A stretch of DNA of 64,000 bases from a virus (taxonomy: Duplodnaviria > Caudoviricetes). Every line of letters starts with the position of its first letter. The first letter of the stretch is position 1. The translations under genes and the position numbers were made by a program. Where the stretch lies: positions 2,419 through 66,418 of the IMG/VR virus record IMGVR_UViG_3300033073_001607, one strand, 5' to 3'. A model generated the notes under the pieces. That model did not search any database and had not been told where the DNA came from. It saw only the letters and a program-made list of their open reading frames with translations. Positions 53,685 through 62,194 of the stretch are shown here, one piece after another.

Positions 53685-53881
53685 GTGTCGGATGGAAGCA
53701 GATCACTACAAGCACCGCGGCGGAAATGACGGCGCTCGATCGTCGACTGAGCTTCGCTCGAAAGCTCAGTCCGGCGTTCTACATGAACGAGGAGTGGTTG
53801 CGTGAGGCCGAGTCAGCGCGGCGCCGTGGTGACACCTCCAGGTGCGACCTCTACCTGAGCCTGATGGGGGTGACGCAATGA
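53681..53881 (+). CDS. Hypothetical protein
   Basis: AGGAGG RBS, ATGA overlap. Confidence 0.65.
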   Translation: MSVGWKQITTSTAAEMTALDRRLSFARKLSPAFYMNEEWLREAESARRRGDTSRCDLYLSLMGVTQ

Positions 53882-54084
53882 GCCGGTACGAAGAGGAGCG
53901 CCACGGGTCGATCACTCACTGGACCGACGGCACATGCGTCATCGTCGACCCGTCCGAGGGCTGGGAAGACTGGGAGCTCCAGAGGCACGTCAAGCAGGAG
54001 TCCGGCTACCACGTCGACTTCTCGGCTCCGCTGGCGAAGGTCTCGTGGCTGCCTGACGGCTGGCTTCGCTACGGGGTGAAGTGA
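53878..54084 (+). CDS. Hypothetical protein
   Basis: ATGA overlap. Confidence 0.65.
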   Translation: MSRYEEERHGSITHWTDGTCVIVDPSEGWEDWELQRHVKQESGYHVDFSAPLAKVSWLPDGWLRYGVK

Positions 54085-54398
54085 TGAGCGCCTCCGACGA
54101 CGCGCGCCGATTGGCGGATCGCATCACCGAACTCGAGCGGGCCCTCGAAGCCTCCGAACGCGAGGCCGAGAAGCTGGCTCGCGATAATGATGAGGCCTGC
54201 GACAGGGTCTACTCACTGCAGTGCGCCGCAATCGTCGGCGGGCTGAGCGTGCAGGCGAAGAACGCGCTCCTCCTCGTCCAGCGCTACCTCGATGAGGGCG
54301 ACGACTTCACATCGCAACGAGTGCGCGACGCCGTGCTCGAGGCGATCGCCATCACTGCGAAGGCTGCCGAGATCCAGGCTGCATCGGAGGCTGCGTGA
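54084..54398 (+). CDS. Hypothetical coiled-coil protein
   Basis: TGATG overlap. Confidence 0.7.
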   Translation: MSASDDARRLADRITELERALEASEREAEKLARDNDEACDRVYSLQCAAIVGGLSVQAKNALLLVQRYLDEGDDFTSQRVRDAVLEAIAITAKAAEIQAASEAA

Positions 54399-54586
54399 TG
54401 GGTCCCTCCACATGGTTTCTGTCGCAGGCCGAGGTGTTGGCGTTCGCCACCGCACTCGGCAACGCGGGCGAACTCGACGGTTGGATCGGTGCGCTCTCGT
54501 TCGTGGAGCGGCCGTGGCGATGGGACTCCGCACACGAGGCCTGGTGCAAAGCCGGTCGCCCGAAGAGCTTCGAGGTGCCGCGGTGA
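54398..54586 (+). CDS. Hypothetical protein
   Basis: GGAGG RBS, overlap-coupled. Confidence 0.65.
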   Translation: MGPSTWFLSQAEVLAFATALGNAGELDGWIGALSFVERPWRWDSAHEAWCKAGRPKSFEVPR

Positions 54587-54804
54587 GTGCGAAGGTCATC
54601 CAGTTCCCACGCCGGATGGTTTCGGGCGCGGCGCCGTACCCGTCGGTGACAGATGGCCTCTCCGTCTACAGCCCCGACGACGGCAAGACTTGGCGGATCG
54701 CAAAGCAGGTTGGCGGTCGTTGGCGCGAGGTGATCGTCACCGAGGCTGACATGGAAACGATCGCGATGGGGTGGATGGTGGTGAAGGAGGGACTCAAGCG
54801 ATGA
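54583..54804 (+). CDS. Hypothetical protein
   Basis: GTGA overlap; MSAKVIQFP start. Confidence 0.65.
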   Translation: MSAKVIQFPRRMVSGAAPYPSVTDGLSVYSPDDGKTWRIAKQVGGRWREVIVTEADMETIAMGWMVVKEGLKR

Positions 54805-55079
54805 GCAACGACAATGTCTACTCGCGTGAACAGCTGCTCAGGTCGTTTCGAGCGGCCGCCGCATCTGGCGTTGGTGGAGCGATGATCTTGAACGGCGCGT
54901 CGACGGCTGGGATGCTGCTGTCGATCTACGGATCAGCGCGCGCCGCGTTCAACGCGGTCGTGAACTCGATGCCGATGGCAGGGGCTTTCCCGCAGGCAAT
55001 GCGGATCCTCGACAAGCTTGCCGAGATCGAGCGGTCGGACACGCTGCCGCCGGCCTCGGCGGTGGAGGCGGTGCGGTGA
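54801..55079 (+). CDS. Hypothetical protein
   Basis: AAGGAGG RBS. Confidence 0.7.
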   Translation: MSNDNVYSREQLLRSFRAAAASGVGGAMILNGASTAGMLLSIYGSARAAFNAVVNSMPMAGAFPQAMRILDKLAEIERSDTLPPASAVEAVR

Positions 55080-55930
55080 GCTTCACTCCAGAACAGGCGG
55101 CGTTTCGTCGGACGGGCATCGGAGCAAGCGAGAGTCCTTGTCTCATCGGAGTGAGCCCCTTCGGCAACGAGATCAGTGTCTGGTGCGAGAAGGTTGGAAT
55201 CGAGATCCGCGAGGCCACCGACGAGATGGAGCTCGGTCTCCTGCTCGAGGACGGTGCGCGCAAACTCTACGAGAAGAAGACCGGGTTCGAGACTGCGCAC
55301 TTCGGCAGCATCCGTCACGCAAAGTATCCGTGGATGGTCGCAACGCCGGATCTGGCCGTCTTCGGGCAACGACGGCTCGGTCAGATCAAGATCGTCGGTC
55401 ACTGGATGGCTCACCACTGGACTGAGGGCGTTCCCGATTACGTCGAGGTGCAGGTTCAGCACGAGATGGAGGTTGCCGACGCTGACGTGTGTGACGTCAT
55501 CGCGATCATCGGCGGAACCGACTTCCGCATCTTTGAGGTCGAACGCGATCGCGAGCTAGGCGCCGACCTTGTCGAGGTGTGTCGATCGTTCTGGGAGAAG
55601 TACGTCGTCACGAACGAAATGCCGGACCCTGATGGAAGTGCGATTGCCGATGCGGCTCTGAAAGCACGCCTCAAGTTCCAGCGCCCCGAGCTCGTCGCCG
55701 CAACACCCGAGGCTGAGCGTCTCGGCAAGGCGTGGCTCGAGGCCGATGGTCGGATCAGAAGGGCTGAGAAGGACCAGGCCATCGCAGAGCAGCGACTGAA
55801 GCTGCTCATCGGCGAGAGTGCTGGCATCGAGGGTGAGTCCTTCCGAGTCACGTGGAAGGCAAACAAGAAGGGAACCCGCGTCTTCCTCCTGAAGGCGCTC
55901 GGAATGAAGGAAGGCGAGGAAGCAGCATGA
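55076..55930 (+). CDS. YqaJ-like viral recombination exonuclease
   Basis: RRTGIGASE, GLLLED, MVATPD, YVEVQVQHEM. Confidence 0.92.
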   Translation: MSFTPEQAAFRRTGIGASESPCLIGVSPFGNEISVWCEKVGIEIREATDEMELGLLLEDGARKLYEKKTGFETAHFGSIRHAKYPWMVATPDLAVFGQRRLGQIKIVGHWMAHHWTEGVPDYVEVQVQHEMEVADADVCDVIAIIGGTDFRIFEVERDRELGADLVEVCRSFWEKYVVTNEMPDPDGSAIADAALKARLKFQRPELVAATPEAERLGKAWLEADGRIRRAEKDQAIAEQRLKLLIGESAGIEGESFRVTWKANKKGTRVFLLKALGMKEGEEAA

Positions 55931-56937
55931 GTGAGCAGAACGGAACGGGGTTGATGAAGGTCGAGGCGACGCCCGGCACGACGACGAAGGACGGCTTCGA
56001 CGGAGTGACCGCAACGGCGCTCGCGGAGACCGCCTCGTCGGCCGTCGCCGCGCAGGCCACCGCTGCTGTCCAGGCTCGCTACCTGATGGCAATGAAGAAT
56101 CCGCGCGACTGGGACGACGTTCGTGTGCGGCTCCTGAAGGAGTGCCAACGCCCGCGATTCGCGGAAGTTGCGCGCTACCTCAAGCCTGTCGGCAAGGGTG
56201 TCGAGGGCCCGTCAATCCGGTTTGCCGAGGCGGCACTTCGTTGCATGGGCAACGTTCTGCCGGAGACCGCAACCATCTACGACGACGCGAAGAAGCGGAT
56301 CCTTCGCCAGTCGGTGACAGATCTCGAAGCCAACGTCACCTATTCGATGGATGTCGTCATCGAGAAGACGATCGAACGATCGAAGCTCCGGGATGGGCAG
56401 AAGCCGATCGCCGTCCGCACGAACTCGAGCGGCTACAAGGTCTTCATCGTCGAGGCGACCGAAGACGATCTGTTGAACAAGCAGAACGCACTCATCTCGA
56501 AGGCGCTCCGACAGAACGGCCTGCGCATCCTTCCCGGCGACATCCTCGACGAGTGCATGAGCGCCGTCATCGCAACGCAACGCAACGAGGATCAGCGCGA
56601 TCCGGACGCCGCGCGGAAGAAGCTCGTCGACGCGTTCGCCGCGATCGGCGTGAAGCCCAGCGACTTGAAGACCTACCTGGGTCACGACCTCGGCTCCTCC
56701 AGTCCTCCCGAGCTCGCCGAGCTGCGCGCTGTCTACGCCGCCATTCGCGATGGCGAGGGCTCGTGGAAGGACGCAATCGCTGCCAAGCAGAAGGCTGGTC
56801 AGGAAACGACCGACAGCAAGGCGAAGACGACCAAGGACAAGGTTGCAGAGGCGAGGGCCAAGACGTCAACGCCCGAGACGACCACCGCTGTCGTCGAGGC
56901 CGAGGTCGTTGACCGACAACCGGGCGAAGAAGGATGA
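55927..56937 (+). CDS. Putative single-strand annealing protein (YqaJ partner)
   Basis: Coupled directly downstream of YqaJ; AMKNPRD, GPSIRFAE motifs; family not recognised with certainty. Confidence 0.6.
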   Translation: MSEQNGTGLMKVEATPGTTTKDGFDGVTATALAETASSAVAAQATAAVQARYLMAMKNPRDWDDVRVRLLKECQRPRFAEVARYLKPVGKGVEGPSIRFAEAALRCMGNVLPETATIYDDAKKRILRQSVTDLEANVTYSMDVVIEKTIERSKLRDGQKPIAVRTNSSGYKVFIVEATEDDLLNKQNALISKALRQNGLRILPGDILDECMSAVIATQRNEDQRDPDAARKKLVDAFAAIGVKPSDLKTYLGHDLGSSSPPELAELRAVYAAIRDGEGSWKDAIAAKQKAGQETTDSKAKTTKDKVAEARAKTSTPETTTAVVEAEVVDRQPGEEG

Positions 56938-57614
56938 AGACCATCCTCATCCTCGACACCGAAACGTCGAGCCTCGACCCATCGACCGGCCAACTCCTCG
57001 AGGTCGCGACAGCGCTCTGGTCGGTCGAGCACCGGTCACTCGTCAAAGCTCGCTCGTGGATCTTGCGAGCGACATCGAACGAAGCCGAGGCAGTCAACGG
57101 AATCCCAACCGCTCTCGTGAGCAACCACCCGCACGCGACCGACATGAAGATGACGGAGTCGTGGGTGCTCGGCTGGGCGAAGGAGGCCGACGCAATCGTG
57201 GCGCACGGCGATTTCGATCGAAAGTGGTTCGGAGAGCAGATCCAGTCGTGTGTCTGGATCGACTCCTGCGATGACATCGAGTGGCCGAGGGCATCGACGT
57301 CCCGATCGCTTGTCTCGCTGGCACTTGCCCACGGCGTCGGCGTCTCCCACGCGCACCGGGCCCTGAGCGACGTCATGACGCTGGTGCAGCTCTTCGAGCG
57401 GGCTGCCGAGATGACGGACGTGGCGGCGATGTTGGCCAAGGCTGCGCGGCCGAAGAAGAGCTACCGCGCCATCGTCAGCTACGACACCAACGCGCTCGCG
57501 AAGCAGGCTGGCTTTCGGTGGGACCCGGACCGCAAGATCTGGCACCGCCGCATCGCTGTCGAAGACGTGGCCACGAAGGAGTGGCCGTTCAAGCTCGAGG
57601 AGGTGGCGGCATGA
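56934..57614 (+). CDS. DEDDh 3'-5' exonuclease (DnaQ-like) with C-terminal DUF5710-like domain
   Basis: LILDTETS, VAHGDFD, HAHRALSDV; AKQAGFRWDPDRKIW. Confidence 0.9.
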   Translation: MKTILILDTETSSLDPSTGQLLEVATALWSVEHRSLVKARSWILRATSNEAEAVNGIPTALVSNHPHATDMKMTESWVLGWAKEADAIVAHGDFDRKWFGEQIQSCVWIDSCDDIEWPRASTSRSLVSLALAHGVGVSHAHRALSDVMTLVQLFERAAEMTDVAAMLAKAARPKKSYRAIVSYDTNALAKQAGFRWDPDRKIWHRRIAVEDVATKEWPFKLEEVAA

Positions 57615-57904
57615 GTGGCGGCGCGGCAGCGCTCGAGCGTCTGAAGGCACGGACGGCCGCGTGGAAACAGAACGGCCTCTGCGGCAAGTGCGGCGGCGTC
57701 CGCGTCGACGGGTCGGTCCACTGTCAGGCCTGTCTCGAAAAGGAGCGACGGAAGCGGAACGAGCGGATTGACATCGCGCTCGAGTGCAAGACCTGCGGCA
57801 TGAAGCAGACCGAGCCGCTCCTCGCGAGCGCGGTCATGTCGGATGCCGTCGCGCGGGTGAAGTGCCTGGTCTGCGGGACCAAGACGATGACGAGGGCGAA
57901 GTGA
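57611..57904 (+). CDS. Zn-finger hypothetical protein
   Basis: CGKC..HCQAC, CKTC..CLVC. Confidence 0.7.
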   Translation: MSGGAAALERLKARTAAWKQNGLCGKCGGVRVDGSVHCQACLEKERRKRNERIDIALECKTCGMKQTEPLLASAVMSDAVARVKCLVCGTKTMTRAK

Positions 57905-58098
57905 ACGCTCCTCGGATCGCTGAGCTGCTGCGCGAGCTCGCGGACGCCTTCGACGACGTCGAGGTGGAGCCGGCGGAGAAGCCTCGGCACCGTCACAGGC
58001 CCCGAGCGAGATCGTTCCCGGCACCGCTCGGCAAGCCGACCGATATCGACATGGCTCGTGCAGACCGAGAACTGAAGCGACGGGGGATCCAGCGATGA
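57901..58098 (+). CDS. Hypothetical protein
   Basis: GTGA overlap. Confidence 0.65.
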   Translation: MNAPRIAELLRELADAFDDVEVEPAEKPRHRHRPRARSFPAPLGKPTDIDMARADRELKRRGIQR

Positions 58099-58295
58099 GC
58101 AGCGAACGACGACGTGTGAAGGTCCGCAGCGACGTGAAGATGGTGTCGATGCACGGTGAGCGGATCCGCAACGAGGGCGAGCCGGTCGACCTCTTCGGGC
58201 ACACCGTGATCGTCGGCAGCGGCGTGCAAGCAGTGCAGATGGACGATGGGCGGGAGTTGCTCATCGCGATGCATGACCTGGAGGTGGTGACGTGA
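58095..58295 (+). CDS. Hypothetical small beta (SH3-like) protein
   Basis: ATGA overlap. Confidence 0.65.
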   Translation: MSSERRRVKVRSDVKMVSMHGERIRNEGEPVDLFGHTVIVGSGVQAVQMDDGRELLIAMHDLEVVT

Positions 58296-58969
58296 ACGAC
58301 TTCGGCAAGCGGCACATCAGGTGCAGCCAGATCCCGCATGAGGGCGGTGTCCGGATTGTGAGGCATGACCTCGACTGCAAGCACCCGAACGAGCACGAGG
58401 AGCAGCGCACCGCTGAGGCGACATGCGTCTCAGCCGGCGACGAGGTGGTGGTCGACGGCCAAAAGGCGGTCGTGGTGCCGTCCGAAACAGGACCGACGCT
58501 CGTTCCTTGCCGACCCGACGCGCGGCACGATGGTGGCGAGCACCCGAATGATCGGGCGCAGGCCGAATACTGGAGGGCGCGCGCTCTGGCCGCCGAGGGT
58601 GGCCGATCAGAGGCGCAGCCGGCGTTTCTCGCCCTGGTTCGCCAGGCGGTGGATGCGTTCGCCGAGATTCAGTCGCTCGTCGAGCAGCCGCCACGCCTCC
58701 ACGACCCCGTCGTCGGCGACGTTCGGGCGAAGGCTCACGCGTGGAAGTTCAAGCTGGGCAACGCGCTTCGCGACGAGGTGGAGCGTGGCCGTGCCGCTGC
58801 GACACCTGTCGAGGCACCGCTTCCGCCTGGCGCGATCGAGACCATGGTGCGCCGCCTCGGCGGGGCCGCCACGTTCACCCGTGACGAGCTACGCCGCGGA
58901 GAACAGCAGCACCTGGAACGCATTGACGACAGCCACACGCTCAAACTGAGCGTTCGGTGGGACACGTGA
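58292..58969 (+). CDS. Hypothetical protein
   Basis: GGAGG RBS, GTGA overlap. Confidence 0.7.
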   Translation: MNDFGKRHIRCSQIPHEGGVRIVRHDLDCKHPNEHEEQRTAEATCVSAGDEVVVDGQKAVVVPSETGPTLVPCRPDARHDGGEHPNDRAQAEYWRARALAAEGGRSEAQPAFLALVRQAVDAFAEIQSLVEQPPRLHDPVVGDVRAKAHAWKFKLGNALRDEVERGRAAATPVEAPLPPGAIETMVRRLGGAATFTRDELRRGEQQHLERIDDSHTLKLSVRWDT

Positions 58970-59244
58970 CCCGCCTCGAGATGGCCCACCAGGGCATCGG
59001 AGCCGTGGCCTTCGCGCTGAACGTGTGGGGCAACCTGGAGCTGACCAAGCAGACGAACCGGGGCCACGTGATTCGCCTCTGCTCGAACGCATGCTGGCTC
59101 GTCTACTCCCCGCTCGTCGGAGCGTGGGCGCTCATGGCGAACCACGCCGTGTTCGCCGGGATCAACGTCCTCGGGTTCTACCGATGGCGACGCATCGAAG
59201 ACGACCGTGGGAGAGCAGCGGCAAAGAGCGGAGGTGGGACGTGA
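58966..59244 (+). CDS. Small three-helix membrane protein (PnuC/PQ-loop-like)
   Basis: GIGAVAFALNVWG...SNACWLVY...AVFAGINVLGFYRW. Confidence 0.7.
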   Translation: MTRLEMAHQGIGAVAFALNVWGNLELTKQTNRGHVIRLCSNACWLVYSPLVGAWALMANHAVFAGINVLGFYRWRRIEDDRGRAAAKSGGGT

Positions 59245-59624
59245 AGCGCTACCTGGACACGTGGCTGCAAACCAACCTCGCTTTCCGTGACGACGTTCGC
59301 GTGCGCCACGTCGAAGACGTCATCATCATCCGGTTCGATGGCGAGATGCCGTCTCTTCCGCCTCCCGAAGAAGGCGTGGAACGCCTCGGGCCAGTAGCTG
59401 TCCGGGTTGACGGGCAGCTCTACATCCGCGCCAAGGAAGGCGAGAACACCGCGAAGGCGCTCGCCGATCTCTGGCACGCGATCCCCGAGGACGTCTGGGA
59501 GGACGAGATGGTTGCCGCGGAGCACGAGCGCAAGGTGGCCCGTCACATCGAGTTCTGGCTGGACGAGGACGGGCCCATCGCCGCCCGTCGCAGGACATCG
59601 GCAACGGGTGGAGGTGGGACGTGA
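59241..59624 (+). CDS. Hypothetical protein
   Basis: GGAGG RBS, GTGA overlap. Confidence 0.7.
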   Translation: MKRYLDTWLQTNLAFRDDVRVRHVEDVIIIRFDGEMPSLPPPEEGVERLGPVAVRVDGQLYIRAKEGENTAKALADLWHAIPEDVWEDEMVAAEHERKVARHIEFWLDEDGPIAARRRTSATGGGGT

Positions 59625-59944
59625 GGGTCGATATCTCCCAGGACCCCAAGGCAACGCACTACTGCGCCCACTGCGGGTTGACCATGAAGGCGCGCGAGGT
59701 GGTCGACTGTCCGATGCGGGACGGCGACCTTTGCGAGGCAAAGAAGCGAAGCACCAAGAAGCCCGCGCCACGTGTCGTCATCACGAGGGCCGAGCACGAG
59801 GCGCTGCTTCAGGTGCTCTTCGCTGCGCGCCCGTTTGCGAATCTCGTCTCCACGTGGGGCGATCACAAGCGTGCGCTCCAACGAGCCATCGACGCCGCCG
59901 ACAAGCTTGCTGCGCGCCCACGCAGAGAGAGGGCGAAGCCGTGA
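59621..59944 (+). CDS. Hypothetical protein with CxHC...C..C
   Basis: GGAGG RBS, GTGA overlap. Confidence 0.7.
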   Translation: MRVDISQDPKATHYCAHCGLTMKAREVVDCPMRDGDLCEAKKRSTKKPAPRVVITRAEHEALLQVLFAARPFANLVSTWGDHKRALQRAIDAADKLAARPRRERAKP

Positions 59945-60747
59945 TGACCATCGGTTCTCTCTTCTCCGGCATCGGTGGTCTGGAGCTCGGCCTTGAGCGC
60001 GCCGGCGTGGGCGAGGTCGTCTGGCAGGTCGAGATCGATCCGTTCTGTCGGGCCGTGCTCGCGAAGCACTGGCCGAACGTCACGAGGTTCTCCGATGTCA
60101 CGCAACCCCGGGACTATCCCCATGTGGATCTCATCTGCGGAGGGTTCCCCTGCCAAGACGTCTCCAGCGCAGGCGCTCGACGCGGTCTCCAGGGGGAGCG
60201 CTCCTCGCTCTGGTACTACTTCGCCCGCGTCGTCGCCAAGGTGCGTCCGTCGGTCGTCGTCGTCGAAAACGTCGCAAGCGGCGTGCGGTCCTGGCTGCCA
60301 ACGGTGCGCCGGCACCTCTGCGAGCTCGAATACGGAGCCCGTGCCTACCTGCTTTCTGCCGCCGACGTCGGAGCGCCGCACCTCCGGCGACGAGTCTTCG
60401 TTGTTGCCCACGCTCACGGCAAAGGCCAACCTCCTCGCGCCGTCGATGCAAAAGTGGCCCTCCCACCGGAGGCTGCTGCCGACGCTACTGGCCATCCCGA
60501 GCTCGCACCGAGCGGATGCGCATCACGGGGAGAACAGGCCACGGATCAAGTCGGGGAGAGCGCTTGGCGCCCTCGCGGGTGGACCGCTCAACCCAGCATG
60601 GTGCGAGTGGTTCATGGGGTTCCCGCCGGGCTGGACGGAGCTCGACGGCGAAGCCTCGGCAACTCTGTCATGCCGCAGTGCGCGGAAGCGATCGGGCGGC
60701 TGATTCTCGGCCGTTCCACGGATACGCCGAGCAAGGAGCAGCCGTGA
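59944..60747 (+). CDS. C5-cytosine DNA methyltransferase, alpha chain
   Basis: SLFSGIGG (I), GGFPCQD (IV), VENV (VI), APHLRRRVF (VIII), SLGNSV (X); no motif IX in this frame. Confidence 0.93.
   Translation: MTIGSLFSGIGGLELGLERAGVGEVVWQVEIDPFCRAVLAKHWPNVTRFSDVTQPRDYPHVDLICGGFPCQDVSSAGARRGLQGERSSLWYYFARVVAKVRPSVVVVENVASGVRSWLPTVRRHLCELEYGARAYLLSAADVGAPHLRRRVFVVAHAHGKGQPPRAVDAKVALPPEAAADATGHPELAPSGCASRGEQATDQVGESAWRPRGWTAQPSMVRVVHGVPAGLDGARRRSLGNSVMPQCAEAIGRLILGRSTDTPSKEQP
60095..60703 (+). CDS. Nested out-of-frame beta subunit of the C5 methyltransferase (start uncertain)
   Basis: Open +1 frame ending LLPTL...GGPLNPAWCEWFMGFPPGWT, a motif IX-like segment. Confidence 0.75.
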   Translation: MSRNPGTIPMWISSAEGSPAKTSPAQALDAVSRGSAPRSGTTSPASSPRCVRRSSSSKTSQAACGPGCQRCAGTSASSNTEPVPTCFLPPTSERRTSGDESSLLPTLTAKANLLAPSMQKWPSHRRLLPTLLAIPSSHRADAHHGENRPRIKSGRALGALAGGPLNPAWCEWFMGFPPGWTELDGEASATLSCRSARKRSGG

Positions 60748-60974
60748 GCTGGGCCCTACTCGCCTCGCTCGTTGCATGGGTGCTCGTTGCCGAGTGGCGC
60801 ATCTCGCGCCTCGTACGTGCGGCCAAGCACCACGAGCACGTGATGCGGCTGACGCTCGACACGCTGGCGTCAGAGAAGGCGACGACGCCTCACGCTGCGC
60901 ACTCGTTCGCGCGCATGGTGCTCGATGAGGAGGCGTGGGACCCAAGGGATCGGATGAGAGAGGCGAAACCCTGA
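60744..60974 (+). CDS. Hypothetical membrane-anchored protein
   Basis: AAGGAG RBS; SWALLASLVAWVLV. Confidence 0.65.
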   Translation: MSWALLASLVAWVLVAEWRISRLVRAAKHHEHVMRLTLDTLASEKATTPHAAHSFARMVLDEEAWDPRDRMREAKP

Positions 60975-61150
60975 TGAGCGTCGTTCAACAACAGCACGAG
61001 GAAATGCGGGCCATCTTCGAGGTGCTCAAGCGCGCTCGCGCGGTGGCGGCATCTTACGGTCAGGACAGCGCCGCAGTCGCCATGCTGGTCAGCGCCATTG
61101 AGGATCTCGACGAGACCCGTGGGATGGTCAAGGCGGAGAACGGGAAATGA
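60974..61150 (+). CDS. Hypothetical protein
   Basis: TGATG overlap. Confidence 0.6.
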   Translation: MSVVQQQHEEMRAIFEVLKRARAVAASYGQDSAAVAMLVSAIEDLDETRGMVKAENGK

Positions 61151-61317
61151 AGTGGCACCTTATGTCCAAGGGCGACGAAGCACTGTGTCAACGAGTGCCT
61201 CAATGCATCGCGGCCCTTACGAGTCTCCCTGAGGGTGTGACGTGCAAGCGATGCCTGAATCTGATGAAGAAACTCAGGCTCGATCCACGCCCGACCCATC
61301 CCACGGGTGGCAAGTGA
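61147..61317 (+). CDS. 56-aa hypothetical protein (H..C...CxxC; not in the ORF track)
   Basis: MKWHLMSKGDEALC...VTCKRCL; ATGA and GTGA overlaps. Confidence 0.6.
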   Translation: MKWHLMSKGDEALCQRVPQCIAALTSLPEGVTCKRCLNLMKKLRLDPRPTHPTGGK

Positions 61318-61538
61318 AAGCGCGCCAGCGAATCGAGACCTACTACACCGTCTGGGACCTCTGCGGGACCAAGCTCGGACGTCAGTTCTGGATGGAATTC
61401 AGTGATTCCTACACATCACTTGCGGAGGCGAAGCGTCGGCTTATCTCGCTGCGCGTGAGCTGCCCTGGTGGCAAGTTCGCCATCGTAAAGACCACGCTTG
61501 AGAGGTTGCGCACCTCCGAAGCGCAGGGGGACAAGTGA
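61314..61538 (+). CDS. Hypothetical protein
   Basis: GTGA overlap. Confidence 0.6.
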   Translation: MKARQRIETYYTVWDLCGTKLGRQFWMEFSDSYTSLAEAKRRLISLRVSCPGGKFAIVKTTLERLRTSEAQGDK

Positions 61539-61717
61539 CACGCATGGCAATGACTCGATGCGTTCGGTGCGGCCATGAGGGTCGGGCCATCGTGGCCAAC
61601 CTGGCACTGGATGCCGTCGAGCCGGTCACCATCAGCTGCGGGTGGGTCAACGAGAAGATGTGCGCGGCTTCGCAAGCGCGACGGGTGTCGGAGTTGTGCA
61701 GCAAGGAACCGAAGTGA
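61535..61717 (+). CDS. Small Cys-rich hypothetical protein
   Basis: CVRC...C...C. Confidence 0.6.
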   Translation: MTRMAMTRCVRCGHEGRAIVANLALDAVEPVTISCGWVNEKMCAASQARRVSELCSKEPK

Positions 61718-61974
61718 AGACGCCCCGCAGTCCAAAGCAGTTCGCTGAGATGACCGAGGTGAGGAACCGCCTCATCGCGGCGGGCGTCTGTCCGGACTGT
61801 AAGTGGCGTCTGGCGCGCCCTGGCCGGCTCATGTGTCGCGTCTGCTCGCGCCGCCACACGCTGAGGCAGCGAGCTCGAATCAACTACCAGGGCCGGAAGC
61901 GCTGCGGGGAATGCCGCCGCCGTGGCCACGACATCAGGACATGCAAGCGAAGGACGGAGGAAGCGAATGGGTAA
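61714..61974 (+). CDS. Zn-finger protein with C-terminal CCHC knuckle
   Basis: CPDC..CRVC; CGECRRRGHDIRTC. Confidence 0.7.
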   Translation: MKTPRSPKQFAEMTEVRNRLIAAGVCPDCKWRLARPGRLMCRVCSRRHTLRQRARINYQGRKRCGECRRRGHDIRTCKRRTEEANG

Positions 61975-62146
61975 TGTGGCGACGAAGGGGCCTCTGGACA
62001 CGACGCGATACGAGCGACTCGAGTTGCTCCGGCATTGGGCCTCTGGCATCCGCGAGGACAAGGCGAACGCCAAAGCAACGCGCGACCTGGCGAACGTGGT
62101 CGTCGCTCTGATTGACGAGCTTCAAGAGATTGGAGCCGAGAAATGA
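61967..62146 (+). CDS. Hypothetical protein
   Basis: GGAGG RBS. Confidence 0.6.
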   Translation: MGNVATKGPLDTTRYERLELLRHWASGIREDKANAKATRDLANVVVALIDELQEIGAEK

Positions 62147-62194
62147 CCCGCCCTGCGGATTGTGCAGGTTCAGCCCCGAGATCGGAGGGTGGTG

